Shown here piece by piece: positions 13,758 to 29,289 of a stretch of DNA of 64,000 nucleotides. The position numbers were made by a program, and so were the translations under genes. The stretch comes from the human T2T-CHM13v2.0 reference genome, Homo sapiens. Under the pieces are notes generated by a model, which was not told where the DNA came from, searched no databases, and was given only the letters and a program-made list of their open reading frames with translations. The number at the start of each line of letters is the position of its first letter. Positions within the stretch are counted from its first letter, which is position 1. Where the stretch lies: NCBI RefSeq assembly GCF_009914755.1, contig NC_060927.1; one strand, 5' to 3'.

Positions 13758-16743
13758 GTAATAGGGAACTTTCAAATGGGGAAGAAAGTGGGGAGGATTT
13801 TCTTATGTACCCAGGAAGTCCAATGCAGTCACAAACTGTGGCACAGTTCCAGTTTTACCAGCCAGAAGAACCCAGGAACAGATTAGAGAAGAAAGGAAGA
13901 CATTTATAAAGATAGGCAACTGAAAGGATTGGCTCAAAGAACGCTTTAGCATGTTGATGTGGCAGTTTTTACAGTCATGGCAAATGATTAATTTCAGGTT
14001 CTGATAGTTTGTCATTTTAAAAACAAGCTCAGGGGCAGAATTTTCTTCAGAAAGACATGTATAATTTTCACTGACATTCTCTTGCAATAGGTTCCCTCTA
14101 GTTAGGAAATTTCTATGGAGTATAATCTAATTGTAGCGAGATAAAACTACCTTGTGATGTATCCATTAATATGCCAATGCATATTTGTGTTATTTGAAAC
14201 TTAGAATTCAGTGACTCCTCAAGTTGAGTCCTTTTCTCTGAGGTCTTTACTGCCCTTCTTAGTGGTTGCATTAATGATGACTCATCCCCTTTAAGTGATT
14301 ATGAGAATGGCAGAGAAAGCTAAGAGGCAAAATGTAAAGCTCTCTTGATTTCAACAGTATGCAAATAATTTCATATATAATGGACTCCCTATGTATTGTC
14401 CTTTGTTCCCTGTACTCCATGATTTGCTGCCCCATTTATTTTTTTTAAAGTAAAATAAAGTGAATAGTGAAAACTAAATGCAAGTAGGTCCTTACAAAAT
14501 TAAGTTGCACAACGAAGAGAATAAAAATAAAAAAATTCCAGGCTTATGTTTACGTATTTGGTGAAATAATGTAACTAGAGCAGGGAATTCCTGCCCAATC
14601 AAGAAGATTTACGATTGTTTCATGAAACAGCTTTATAGATGGTTAGCATAGTTCAGACTAAAGCATTCACCTTTATCTTGCATGGACAATAAGTGCTAAA
14701 TGATACAAGGTCCAAATTTGCTTTTTCACAATCCAAATTCACTGAAATATTTGATTACCAAAGCTCCACTTAATTGTGTGTTGGCGGGAAACAGAAGAGG
14801 AAGATGAAGCTTTTCAGAACAAAAATCCATCTGCCACCAATAATAGCCTTTGTGTTTAAAAAGCAGTCAGTGACAACATGACTTTTTCTCTATATACTAG
14901 GTTTGTATTTTTGCTTGTTGGGAAGAATGGCATTTAAAAAATTAACATATTATCAGAACATGATGCAACGAAATTAAATTATATGGACTTCATTAGGAGA
15001 TAAGAGAAAAATATAATATGTTCAATGTAGGACCTCCCAACCTTGATCACATCCTATGTTTCAAATATAAATTAAAAGATTTTGGTGATATTTAGCTTTG
15101 TAGTAATAATGACTGGAAATGTTAACATCAATAACTTATTGCTGTATAAACCACATTTGAAAAAATATCTCTTTGAGACAATATTACTTTGGCTGTTAAT
15201 TCAAATGAGCAGGAACAAATGAGGCATTTATGCAATAATTTTTTTCTTAAATCAAGCTAAATTTCATTAAGAAATGATTCCTCCAAAATGAGCTTTCTAC
15301 AATTAAAAATAACTTAGACTAGAGATAATTTATTTGACAAAAATATATTCTATTTTCACTTATACATTATATGAAACAAAAATAAATTTGCTGTTAACGC
15401 TCCTTCACTCATAACAGAAGCAAATTACATCTAATTAATGGAAATATTTTTTTCTTCCAAGAAGTTTCAACCATCAAACAAGGGGGTAGAAAAGTGAAAC
15501 CTAAATCTGTTTGATTAAAAGAAAAAAAAAGAATTTCCTCCCCATCTTATGATGCTCATCCCATATACATTTTTTTCCACTATAACTGCAATTTGGCTCT
15601 CAGTTGTTTTCAAGTCAATTAGAGAAACTTGACTACGTTACTTTAAATCAAATACAAGGACTGAGTGATTCAGTGGATTAAATCAAGGACAGGAAACTGG
15701 GTAATTGCAGTACTAATCTCAGCTTTGCCTAATTATCCATGACCTCTTGGCAGTGATATTGTCCCTTGTGGGTTTGTGAGGGGTGTTCCTCTACCTCCTA
15801 TCTGTAGCTGTTGCTGCTTAGAAAACAATGAATATCCTTTTCCCAATTGGAATATCTGAATTTTATTAAATTATGTTGGCACCTTTGTTGTAATCACTTG
15901 ATTTATATGTGTCAGCCTATTTTTAAACTCTGTATTCTTTTCCATTGGTCTGTATTCCTGCCTTTATGCTAATACCACAGTCTTCGTTATCATGTCTTTA
16001 AAATCCAATAAATCATCCAATTTTGTTCTTTCTCAAAATTATTTTGCCTATTCTAGGTTTTTATATTTCTAGATGAATTTTAGAATCAACTTGTCAATAT
16101 CTGAAAAATAAAAAGCCTGTTGGGATTATGTTTGTGATTGTGTTGAATGTATAGATCAGTTTGGCGAGAATGGCCATCCTAATAATATTGAGCTGATTAA
16201 TCCATGAACAAGTTGTATTTTATTTTATTTAGATCTTTACTTTCACCCTGCAATGTTGTGAAGTTTTTACAGTAGGGTTTACAAATATCTTTTATCAAAT
16301 TGACCCCTAAATATTTTGTATTTTGGATGATGTTGTTTTTAAATTTCAAATTTCAGATATTTATTGCTGGTCTGTAGAATATAGTTGATTGTTTTATATT
16401 GGACTTTCATATTGTAAACTCTAAATTTATTTATTAACGTAGTACTTTTTCTGAGACGTTCAAAAAGGATTTTCCTCGTAGATAATCATACTGTCTGTGA
16501 ATAGAAACTTTATTACTTCTTGGTTTTCAACATGCATACTTTATTTTTTCTTGCCTTGTTACATAGATAAGGCCTCCAATACAATGAAATGATGCTTTTG
16601 CCTTTGTTCCTAATCTGAAGAGAAAGGAGTTATTCTTCCACTATTAAGTTTTATGTTACTTGATGACCTTTTAGAAAATGTTCTTTATTAGATGAGAAAG
16701 TTTGTTTCTACTTTTTTTTTAATCAGCGGGTTTGGATTTAGTC

Positions 16744-17109
16744 TGATATGGTTGGGCTCTGTGGCCCCACCCAAATCTCACCTTAAATTGTGATTTTCAT
16801 AATCCCCACGTGTCAAGGGTTGGACCAGGTGGAGGTAATTCAATCATGGGGGCAGTTCCCCCATGCTGTTCTCATGATGTGAGTGAGTTCTCACAAGATC
16901 TGATAAGGGCCTCTTTCCCCTTGGCTGGGCACTTCTCCCTATTGCCTTGGGAAGAAGATGCCTTGCTTCCCCTTTGCTTTCTGCCATGATTGTTAGTTTC
17001 GTGAGGCCTCCCCAGCCATGCTGAACCGTGAGTCAATTAAACCTCTTTACTTTATAAATTACCCAGTATCAGGCAGTACTTTAGAGCAGTGTGAAAATGG
17101 ACTAATACA
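16744..17109 (+). mobile_element. THE1D-like solo LTR
   Basis: tgatatggttgggctctgtg...gtgagtcaattaaacctcttt...ggactaataca; splits L1 motif 'ggatttagtc|aaatgcttttt'. Confidence 0.93.
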
Positions 17110-18069
17110 ATTCAAATGCTTTTTCCGGATCTTTTGAAATTATCATATGATATATCCTCATTCTGTAAGTATGACAAATTATATTAATTAATTTTTAAGA
17201 TGTAAAAACGAACTTTGCATTCTTTGTCATGGTGTATTATCCTTTATATTTATATTGCTGAAATTGATTTTCTACTACTTTTGAGAATTTTTGTGTCTTC
17301 GTTATGACACAAAAGTTTTCTTTTCTTATAATATCTCTTAAAGTTTTGGCATAAAGGTAATGCTGACTTCATAAAATGATGTGGGATTTTTCTCTGCCTG
17401 TCTTTTAAACAAAAATTTGGGTAAAATCAGTATTATTTTTTCCTTAAATTTCCTATTTAATCTAAGTTATCAAATGTACTATCATAAAATTGTTCATATT
17501 ATCTTGTTATCCATTTAATATCTATAAGAGTGAAAGATATCTGTTTTTATTCTTGATGATTGATCATTTGTGGCTTTCTCCCTTAACACTGTGAGTTTAT
17601 CAGTTTACTATTATTTGCCAAGAACAAACTTTTCACTTTTAAAATTTTCTATTATGTTTGCTTTTTGTTTATTTGAGTTCTATTCTTATCTTTGTTTCTT
17701 TCCTCTCATTTATGGATTTCATTTTTTTCTAGCATCTTAATATGAAATATTAGATCACTTTAAATCATTTTATCTAATAGAGGTATTTAAAACTATAATT
17801 TTTCTTCTAAATGCTGATATAGGTGCTATTTTTCATCATCCTTCAGTTTGAAGTTTTCTTTAATTTCCTTTGTAATTTCTGCTTTGGTTTATGGGTTATG
17901 TGAAGTGTATAATTTAAGTTCCAAGTAATTTGGAATCGTTTTCTATATATCTTATTGTTTTGATTAAGTATTTTATTTTAATGGTCAGGGAACATATTTG
18001 ATGACTGAAGTCTCTTGAAATATATTCAGAAATATTTTACTGTCCAGCATATGAGTCTTCTTGGTGAGT

Positions 18070-18738
<669 letters not shown>

Positions 18739-18877
18739 GTTGTATATTAAGGAATTTATGACAAAAAAGTAGTATTTTATATTTGCCTCTTTATCTACCA
18801 TTTATAGTGCTATTCCTTTCTTCTTATTGATTTGCGTTTTTTCCTATCATTGTTTTCCTTCATTCTGGAGAATATAC

Positions 18878-19087
18878 TTTTATATATATATTTTATATAT
18901 ATTATAATGTGAAATATATAAATATATTTTACGTGTATATTTTTATATAAAATATATTTTCCATAATATATTAATATTTTATTTTATATAATATAAAATA
19001 TATTTTACATATAAATGTGAAATATATGGATATAAGTATATTTTATGTTTATATATTTATATTTATATTTATGTCACATATATATAC
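18878..19087. repeat. (TA)-rich low-complexity block
   Basis: ~210 bp almost entirely A/T with internal repeats (aatgtgaaatata, aatatattttac). Confidence 0.9.
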
Positions 19088-19470
<383 letters not shown>

Positions 19471-21479
19471 TGAAGGATATTTTCACTGGACACAGAATTT
19501 TGAATTGATAGTGTCTTTTTTCCTCTGAGTGTTTAAAAAATATCCTTCCATTATCTTCTGATTTTCATATTTCTTTTGAAAAATTATCTAAAATTTGTAT
19601 CATTGTCAGCTGTCAAGTACATTGGTTTCTCTCTGCATGCATATAAAGTCTCTTTTCTCTGTTTTCAAGAGTTTGTATTAGCTTTTTAGTAGCTTATGAT
19701 GTATGTGGGTACTTTCTTTGTATTTATTCTATTTTGCATTTGCTGAACTTATAGGTCTATAAGTCAATGTTTGTTTGTTTTTTCCATCAAAATTGGGAAT
19801 AATTTGGCCATTATTTCCTCAGACACTTTTTCCTACATTCACAATCTACTGCTGAGATTCAAATTAAATATCTGCTAGACCATATGTATATATTATTCAA
19901 AGGTAAATATTGCTCTGTTCCGTTTTCTTCAATCTTTTTCTTACTGTTTTTGAGATTGGATAATTTCTATAGACCTATTATCAAATTTTCTAAGTTCCTC
20001 TTCAAGATCTCTCATCTGCTGATATTCAGGAATTTTTTAAAAGAGTTTCATTTACTTTTCAGTTTTAGAATTTCAATTTGTTCCTTTAATTTTTTGGTTT
20101 TAAATTTCCATTTTGTTGCAAAGGATCCCTTTCAGTATACTAATTAATGTTATATATTTCTGTAATTCTTTGAACATCTTGTCCTTGAATTCTTAGAAAG
20201 TATTTATAATAGCTCCTTTAGCATCTTTGTTAAAGTTGACATTATGCCTATTACAGGGCTGATTTCTATTAACTGCTTTATTGCATTAGTATCACATTTT
20301 CCTATTTCTTTGAATATCTCACAAATTATTACTGTGTACTACACATTTTGGATAATGGATTGTAAAGAATATAAATTATTCTGTCTTACTCTAAGTGTCC
20401 TGGTGTTCATTCTAGCAAAAAAGGTAATTATTTGTTAAATGGCTTGAATTTGTGTAAACATGGTTTTCACTTGGTTAGTGTAGATCTCACAACAGTGTAA
20501 CATGTTTCCCAGGTCACTCCAACTTGCCAGAATTCAAATTCTTCCAAATTATGTATCTCCTGAAACTTTCGACATGGCTTAGATTTTGGTTTTATTGGGC
20601 AGGTATAGAGTAGTCTGTCTTAAACCTCACAGTGTCTCAGCTGAATTTCCAGGGTGCTTGAAGTGTTTGAGAGACTTTCTTGGCCAAACTCCGTCTTCTA
20701 GCAATATTCAGTCTCTTATTTCAAGCTCTGAAGCATGCAGCTAGCTGTTGTCTGTTAAGTTTGATGAGATCTCAGCTTGCACATGTGCAACTCATCCCTT
20801 AATGAAAGACTTGCCTGGAACCTCCGAACAGACTTTTGCCCATCCTCTGCTTCTTCCTCCTGATGCTCTGAAGATCCTACTAAGCTGAAGAGGTAAAAAT
20901 CAGGGTGTTGGGTAGCTGAAGCAGTTGTCATATTCTCTCTGGACTCCAGCTCACTGTGCCATGGTCACGAAATTGTTAGTAGGCAGAAAACTGGGGTTAT
21001 CATAGGACTTATCTCATGGGCTTTCCCTTTCCTCAAGGTTTGCAGTATTGCACTTCATGTTATCCAATCTAAAAACAGTGGCCTCATACATTTTGTCCAA
21101 CTTTATAATTATTCATGTTAGAGGAATTGACTGGTATTAGTTATATCATCATATTTGGAAGCAAAATTCTTCTGCTTAATTATTAAAAAGAATGTAGTAT
21201 TCAAGCCCAAATCTCTAAGGATATATTTAAAAATCTTGTTTTCCTTGTTCTATTAACTGTGGTTATCTCAGTTATAAGTTATTCTCTTCGTTAAATTTGT
21301 TTTCTTCTTTCATGGCATTGCTGTTTCTCAAATTGTGATTCTTGATTGGATGTGCATATCAATCAAAATCATAACAAGAAACCTATAGCATGGTCAAAAT
21401 CAGAGGAAAGTTAATTTACAAAGATGTGGGAGTAGGGAAATGTCAGGATTATTTTGTTTAGTCTAAACAGAACAAGTCA

Positions 21480-21853
21480 GTCTCTATAATGATACCTGTA
21501 AGACATTAAACATGGGAATTGTTGCCTACATTTTCTGCCAGGCATAGCAAAGAAGAATTGGATCAGTATTTATAGACAAGAAGAGAAAGAAAGGGACAGA
21601 CAGGCAGATAGACATGGAGAGAGACAGAGACGAAGAAAAAGATGAAAAAGATAGATACAGAGACAGAAAGATAGAAAAAAAACTCCTTGTTGTGTTTAAC
21701 AATCTGGCTTTAATTGTTCTAGCATCCATGTATTTCTTGCTATTTGTTCGTTGAGTGCCATTGCTGGTGATAACCAACAAATTCTCCTCTTTTTCCTTCA
21801 GTTAGTTTAATCTGGTTTCTATCACTTGACAGAAAAAGAATCCTAATGAATAC
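21480..21853 (+). mobile_element. Old MLT1 (J/K-like) LTR remnant with GA-rich tract
   Basis: 3' end 'aaattctcctcttttt...agtttaatctggtttctatcacttgacagaaaaagaatcctaatgaata'. Confidence 0.55.
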
Positions 21854-23362
21854 TGCCAAAAAATGATGAGGAAAATGAAAGCTGATTCAAGATAATTTGT
21901 TTAATGTAAATAGAGCAACCTACATTTTGCTGGTTAGATAAATTTTTTTAAAGGACTTACACCCCTGGTTCTTACCATTTTACTTAATGGTAAGAAGATA
22001 AGAATGTCTTTTACATTTTTAAATGTTTTCCTATACCCACCAAAAAGGAAATGATATCTGAGTGTTTGTATGATATAAGTCCCACCTTTCCGATTTTGTT
22101 TCCTTTGTATTTTTTAGATTTTAATCAACTAAATTGGAATGAAAGGTATTATTAGATATGCTAGTTTACCAACTAAACTTTCACTGGATATTTTACATCA
22201 TGTGTACTATGGTCCAAGGCGTCGGTTGATTAAAGTCTTCAAATGCTTCACATGCTTTAGATACTTATTTTTAAAATGACTTCACTAATAATCTTAGGCA
22301 AAATGTCAATGTCTCAGTTATTTTAAAAAATATCATTTTATTACTACTTATGGAATAAAGGAGTTGAGGTGGTTAATGATTACCAAATCCATCACTACTA
22401 ATGGAACAAAGGACTTGCTATTTTCTTTTCAGGAGTTGAAGGTGATTAATTATTACATTACTTATCTTCACACAAAATAATTGAAACTTGGGAGTAGAAG
22501 CTGCCACATCAGCCATTGAACAGCTTCCACTGAGTTTTAAAATTATGTTTGTTAACATAAGAAAGGCATAGCCTATTCACGTTTAACACTAACTAACTAA
22601 TTAGTTATGGTCAAATAAAAACATACACAAGTTAAAGCCATAAATGTAATGCTCTGTTCTTTTTAAATTTTTATTTATATTGTTTATATTAACAGGATAT
22701 GGCAATGAGATGAAAGGATGCATTCAACAAGACAGAGCCAAATTTTATAGCTTGGCTAGGGGAAGGAAAACACTAGAGTTTTTAAAATAAGACTTACAAT
22801 GAATGTTTACGGAACTGGATTCAGGCAAGGCTGTTAAGTAACTGTACGCCTTTAACTCACCAAAGGCAAATAAATAATTTTATCCATCCTGGTGAAAAAC
22901 TAGCTGATCCGAAAATATTTTCAAATCATTTATTACTCAGGAATTTAATCAGAAAATTAGTATATATTGGGGTTTCTGGTGGCTAATTGGTGTCTCAGAT
23001 AGTTTGGGGGGGTAAGCAGGGAACTCGAGACTGTACGTTAGCAGGGAAACAAGTATGGTTTCAAAATGTTAAGGTTTGGGGATTATGTGAGATGTGCAAC
23101 TGATACACCCATGTTTCCCAGCAGTATGTCCTCCTTCTCTAAAGCATTTTTATTTCTTCCTATTTTGTCACACATTATTGGCCACTGAGAACAAAAGCAT
23201 CTCTCTGAAAGACATGTATTTAGGAAAAGTCTGCATAAAACAAGTTCATCCAAGCATATTTTGCTATTTGCTCCAAGACAATTTTTTCCACTTTGTTTTG
23301 ATTATCTGGCTTCACTTGCTGTCAGCTTCAGTGCTAGATTTTTGGTTGCCTTGTACAAACCT

Positions 23363-23395
23363 TGTGTGTGTGTGTGAGTGTGTTTGTGTGTGTGT
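23363..23395. repeat. Imperfect (TG)n microsatellite
   Basis: tgtgtgtgtgtgtgagtgtgtttgtgtgtgtgt. Confidence 0.9.
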
Positions 23396-24557
23396 ATGAT
23401 GGGGTATGTAGAGGGTCGTGTCCAGATGAGAAAAGAATGATTACAGGATAATAAACTACATTTTATTGAGGAAGTATAAAGTGCCAAATCCTAGGGTAGT
23501 TTCACAGTTACTAACGCCTTCTCTCATCAAGTGATGACTAACCAAAGCCAGAAAATTTTCCACCTGAGCACAAGCTACCTCAAACTCAAGTAACCCTATG
23601 TCTTTCTACCATTCACCACAGTCATTTGTTACTGGACCCCATCAGTCCTTACCTTAGTGTGGTGGACAAAGGCTGCAAATCTGCCTTGCATAGTTGCCTT
23701 TCTTTTGGCGGACAACCTTTGAGAATAGGCTTCAGTTTAAACCTGGAAACTTCACAGTATGAATCAGTTATGAACAGGATCTTCATCTCCAGTCTTTCTG
23801 TGTTGTTAGAATTTGGCTACCTTAATTTTCTGATATAAGTCTCAGAGGCTTACCATGGGGTTTAGCAAGAACTTTGATAACTAGTGCTTTTTAAGGGCAT
23901 TGGAACTACAACTTTTTTTCTTTTTTTTTGTTCTTATAAATGACCACTGGATGGGCTTCCACCCCTATTAGGAGTTAGAAGTAACAAATGAACCAGTCAT
24001 TAAATGGTTCAATGAGCCATTTGGCTCTGAGCTCAAATGGCTTGACTATGATTTTTGCAGAAAAGAGTGAGTGAAAACCAGGTTCAGAACAATAGTTGAA
24101 ACTTCAGAGGATAATGTCATGGCAAGGCTGGAAGGGAGCCTGAAATAGAGGAAAAGTCTCCGAGAGTTTAAACCACATTAGTTCCGAATCATATTATTGG
24201 TGCTATTCAGAAAAAGGCCTCTCTCGTCTTCATACTTTTCTATCACAAATTCATTATGGGACAGTCTTGCTTGTAAGACATAATTATGCCTTTTTCTTCT
24301 TTTGTTTTCCTTCCTTTCTGCATTCTAATGATCAAGGCATGGCCACTCTTCTTTGACTATGTTTATGTTATTTGTATGAGAGTTACCTTCGGGCATCCGG
24401 CCACACTTCAATTCTCTGTATAGCACAAGGCCACATAGAGGCATTTTCCCTGGGCACTGTTATCCTCTCCTCAAGGGGGTCTTGATTGCACCTCAGTTGA
24501 CCAGCTTGTCTCTCCCAGAAGCATGTGTTATTTAGAATCATTCAATAGCATTTTTGA

Positions 24558-25007
<450 letters not shown>

Positions 25008-25669
25008 AAAAAGGACTATTCTTTTCTTAATTCTGTCTGTACGCTTCTACAAGTTCTCATTTCCCTGACTTTCTAAAGCCCTGGTTCTTTACTTGGCTTT
25101 CAATATCTGTGACTGGCACCCTACTTTGCCAAAATTTGCCAACATCCTCTTTTTCTCTATCAACCTTGCTCTGCACGCTACCTTGATTGTGGTATTACTG
25201 GCAGTTTCTGGTTAAAATTATCCTCAAGAGTCTTCTCTGTAGGGGAGAGAAAATGAAGAGTGACTATGTGTAGCTCAGGAGAAAGAAGGAACCAATATTT
25301 GCAATCATTTTGTGTCAAACACAGTAATAGTTACCTCCACTCATTTCATTTCAGTTTGTAGCAGAAGTATACAAAATATACACTGTCAAGTGAAAGATGC
25401 TTTAATAAAAAGCATAAAGAGGTAACATAACAGAGAGTGGTTTACACTGTCTGGACAACAAGGTAGGATAGCTAGATATTCTGTATCCATGTGGTGAGTG
25501 TTAACCTTGTGACACATGAACATGTAGGTATAGGGTGCCCACTTGTCTTCTAATACCTCCAGTCCACCCTACACATGGAAGCCAGAGAGTATCAACCCTC
25601 AGTGACTTCCCACTAGACTTAGTCTCTCACATTTTTCTAATGGTGGACAGGGATATAGATTTGGCGTAT

Positions 25670-25815
25670 CCTTCCAAAATTATTTCTGGCCACCTTTCAT
25701 CCACTTACTTTACTCCAACCATATTGGCCTTCTGGATTCTCAAAACTACCAGGTGTTTTTCAGCCTGCAAGTCTTTACACATGCCTCTGTTCAGGGTGTC
25801 CTCCCCTCACCCTTC
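25670..25815 (+). mobile_element. L2 fragment
   Basis: 'tactccaaccatattggccttctggattctcaaaactaccagg...gcaagtctttacacatgc'. Confidence 0.55.
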
Positions 25816-28169
25816 CTCAAAGAATAGATGCACTTGTGAAATAGTGCTTATGCATCAGACTCATGATCAGATTAGAGGCATTTTAAACAAGTTCTGTTCA
25901 TCAAGTATAAGAAAATCTTACCTAACAACCTGGCTTAGTAAGCAGTTTCATTTCCTAGATGCTTATTTGTGAAATTGAGACCTTCTGTGTTTCTCAGAAA
26001 CATTGGCAAGTGAAAAGGTTGAGTTTGCCTAGGGAGTAGGTTTGCTTATTGTTGTGGTATCCATGTTGGTCTTTAGCTCATCTTTGACTTATTGCACATG
26101 AAAAGGTTTCCTTGCTTACATTATAAACATTGGCTATGTAACTGGTTATGGACTTTGAGTTTCTGATCTCTGGCTACTATTGCCATATTTTGTGTAATTG
26201 CTAGCTGTTATCAAATAAACAAACAATAAGTTAATCACATTTACTGTTAATATAGGGCTACCACCTGTCTGCTTCCCCCTGGAGAATCTGAATTTTAGAG
26301 ATCATTTTACTGCTGGAAAATTTTAAGCTCTCCAGGAGGACTTGCTTTAATTATAGCTGTTTCTCATTTTGTGTACTTTTTTCTCCATTCCAGTTTGAAT
26401 AAGGGAGTGGCTATTATTTGCTAAATGCACATCTTGGGATGGAGGTTGGAAAAGTAAGAAGATAATTAACATAGCAAAAAGCAGTCTTCTCTGTCTCCCA
26501 CCCTCTCCCCCATGATTTTGGTAGAATGGGAAGCTATCCATCAGACAAATCTGATGGGACAAAGTGAGTGGACACTTGATGACTCCTGTGGGAATTTGGG
26601 ATTTGTCGAGACTGCTCTTCATGGCTTAAGGATGGGTGAAAGCATGTGGGCTGAACTGGATGATCAAACAGAAATGGAAAATCCTGTGGGGCAGGCTAGG
26701 TGGAGATCTTAAGCTGAGCCACAGTCAAAGCATCATAGAATCTCCAGCCTTTCAGTACAAACTCTCACCCCTCCATCCCTCTCATTAGTCCTAAAAAATA
26801 TTAAAAGCAACCATAAACTCATAAAGGAATAAGAAGACTTTTAAGAATGTAGGGCTTTGTATGTGTGTGTATATTGGAAGAGAGGGTGTTATTCTTTTGC
26901 AAGACATCATAAAACAAAACTCTGTTATTGAAATAGCATACAATGACAAATTCTAATAAAATCAGGAAAGGTTATTATCTCATAATCAGGAAGTGAATAT
27001 TTAGGTTCATTATGCAGCATTTTGAGAAAGGTTGCATTGTATTTGAAAGAGTCTGAGAACATCAGTCTTCACTGGGTGATACTTGAAAAGGAAAGTGGAC
27101 TATTGGGAAATGCAAATGTTGTGGCATCTATTATGAAACAGACCAAGAAACCCACTGAAGGAGCACAAAAAAATCACTCTCATTAGGCCCAAAGTGAGCT
27201 TTAGTAGGAAGTAAATTACCAAAAGTGTTGTTGTCCAGTAAGACTATATCTGAGGAAAATAAAGTTATCTTACCCAAATTCATTTCTCATAATGTCCACC
27301 TCTGCCTTCATAATTCTTATTTTCTGATAAATCTCTTCTATATGGGTGCATCCAGTATTAAAAGAAAACCATTCAGAATCGACTTGCACAAATGTGCAGT
27401 TACTTAATAGAGACCAGCAGTACTGACCCATCGGATAGCTTGGAAGCATACAAATATAACGAGTAAGTAGGAGAGCTACTGTGTTTTGAATGGGTGCATT
27501 TGCTAGAAATCAACAGTCTGCATTTTCTATTTCCAGCTGAAACTATGGATGGCAAATCAAGATCGAGGCAGAAAATAGCTGAGAAAGGAATTACTATGAA
27601 TATTTGATAAATAAAAATCAGATGAGCCCTTTGTTTTTTGGATGACTGCATCACAATAAAATGAACTATTGCCTATGTCATTGTTTACTATCCTGTGTGA
27701 TACTAAAAATTACCAGGAAAGCGTGTTAAAAATACATACTCTTGGAATGAAACCAACTTTTGGATCAAATTTTCCATGAAAAATATTGAGTGTATAATCT
27801 TCATAGGAGCCACCATGTTGACTACATGAGAGATGAACATGTAGCTTAAAGAAAAAACATGGATGATTTGTATGGTTACAAAACAGGGTAGGAGGAACAC
27901 TTCAATGTATATTTAGCAGAAAATGCCTATTATCATAAATTGAGTTTGAATTTTACCTCAACCATTTGCTACCTGGATTGACTTCTACTACTTACTTTAC
28001 TCTTCACTAAAACACATTCATTTTTTATATAATTTTCCAAATAATGTTAATATTCACCAAATGTTATGTAGCTTCACACACATGTTAAATCTCATGCTCC
28101 TCTATCTGAATTCAACTTTTTTAAAAAGAGTTTTCTTGGTTACTCCAGCTTTGTACTATGAAATCACGG

Positions 28170-28500
28170 TTTTCAGAATCATACAAATATAAGATTATAT
28201 GGGAATCTTAGAAATTATGAAGGCTAGTAGTTCTGAAATGTGGCTTGTTAAAAATCACAAATGCCAAACTTACTGTATTATACTCTGGGGATGAATCGAT
28301 GCCATGTGTTTTTTTTTTTTTTTTTACAACTTCTCAAGGTGATTTTGATGCAAACAATGAAAATCATTGTTTATTCTACAGAAAGATACCTTTGTTCTAG
28401 AGAAATTCAGCAACTTAGCCAAGTTCACAGAGATGATTCGGACAAATGAGAACTAAAATAGAGAACTTCAGACTCTCATATCAATGAGCTTTCTTTCTGA
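28170..28500. mobile_element. MIR3-like fragment (minus strand) with nested MER5A-like hAT remnant (~28222-28355)
   Basis: 'tagttctgaaatgtggct...acaacttctcaaggtgattttgatgcaaac' inside 'agcaacttagccaagttcacaga' MIR context. Confidence 0.5.
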
Positions 28501-29129
28501 AACATCAAGAAAGATAAGTTAAAATACAATTTTTCTTCATTGTGAATGTACTAAATGCCATTGAATTTAATACTTTAAAGTGGTGAGTTTACATTAGGCA
28601 AATTTTACCCAATTAAAAACTAATTTAAAAACATATAAAAACACCACTTTTATTTTACTATTATGTAGGCAAGTTAATTTTCTAAATAACACGTAGAATG
28701 GCAACCACATGTTATATCTGGCTAGTGCAACAGCCAACAGAGAAATCATTGATATAGATCATTCAAGCTACTAAATCAGCTCTCTGGTCTGTAAAATTAG
28801 GGAATGAGAATAATAATGCTTTGTTGTTGAATAAATGTGAATCTATGAAAGAGGATATATGTAGTCTGCCTGGTACACTGTGGTTGGTCACTGCTAGTTT
28901 GACTTGAGGATGAATACAGCTTATCATATGCTTTTTTCTCCTCTCACCTTGCTCACCACAGTGTCTTCCAGTAGTAGGTGGCAAGTAACTTATTTATCAA
29001 CTTGTCTATTGACTAATAAGACCACGTAGATATCACCCTCTTATCAGGTGAAAAGAAATTTCCTTGAAATCTCACTTTATGAGATAGCTAAGTAAATTCC
29101 ACTCACTCCATATGTGAATGTTCTGCTTT

Positions 29130-29289
29130 CCTGAATCTGATTAGGTTACAAGTTGTAAGGGCAGGACTCATTTTTTGGGTAATTATAGCTTTAAACGCAC
29201 TCAGATGGCTATTACACACTAGCCATATCCAATAGATATAATAAATAATTAATTGAACAAATAAATAAATAAATAAATAAATAAATAAA
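29130..29289 (+). mobile_element. L2 3' end with (AAAT)n tail
   Basis: 'acaagttgtaagggcaggactca...aataaataattaattgaacaaataaataaataaa'. Confidence 0.55.

Noticed and set aside
25535-25972. 145-aa ORF
   Set aside because: Non-ATG start, overlaps an L2 remnant, no recognisable domain.
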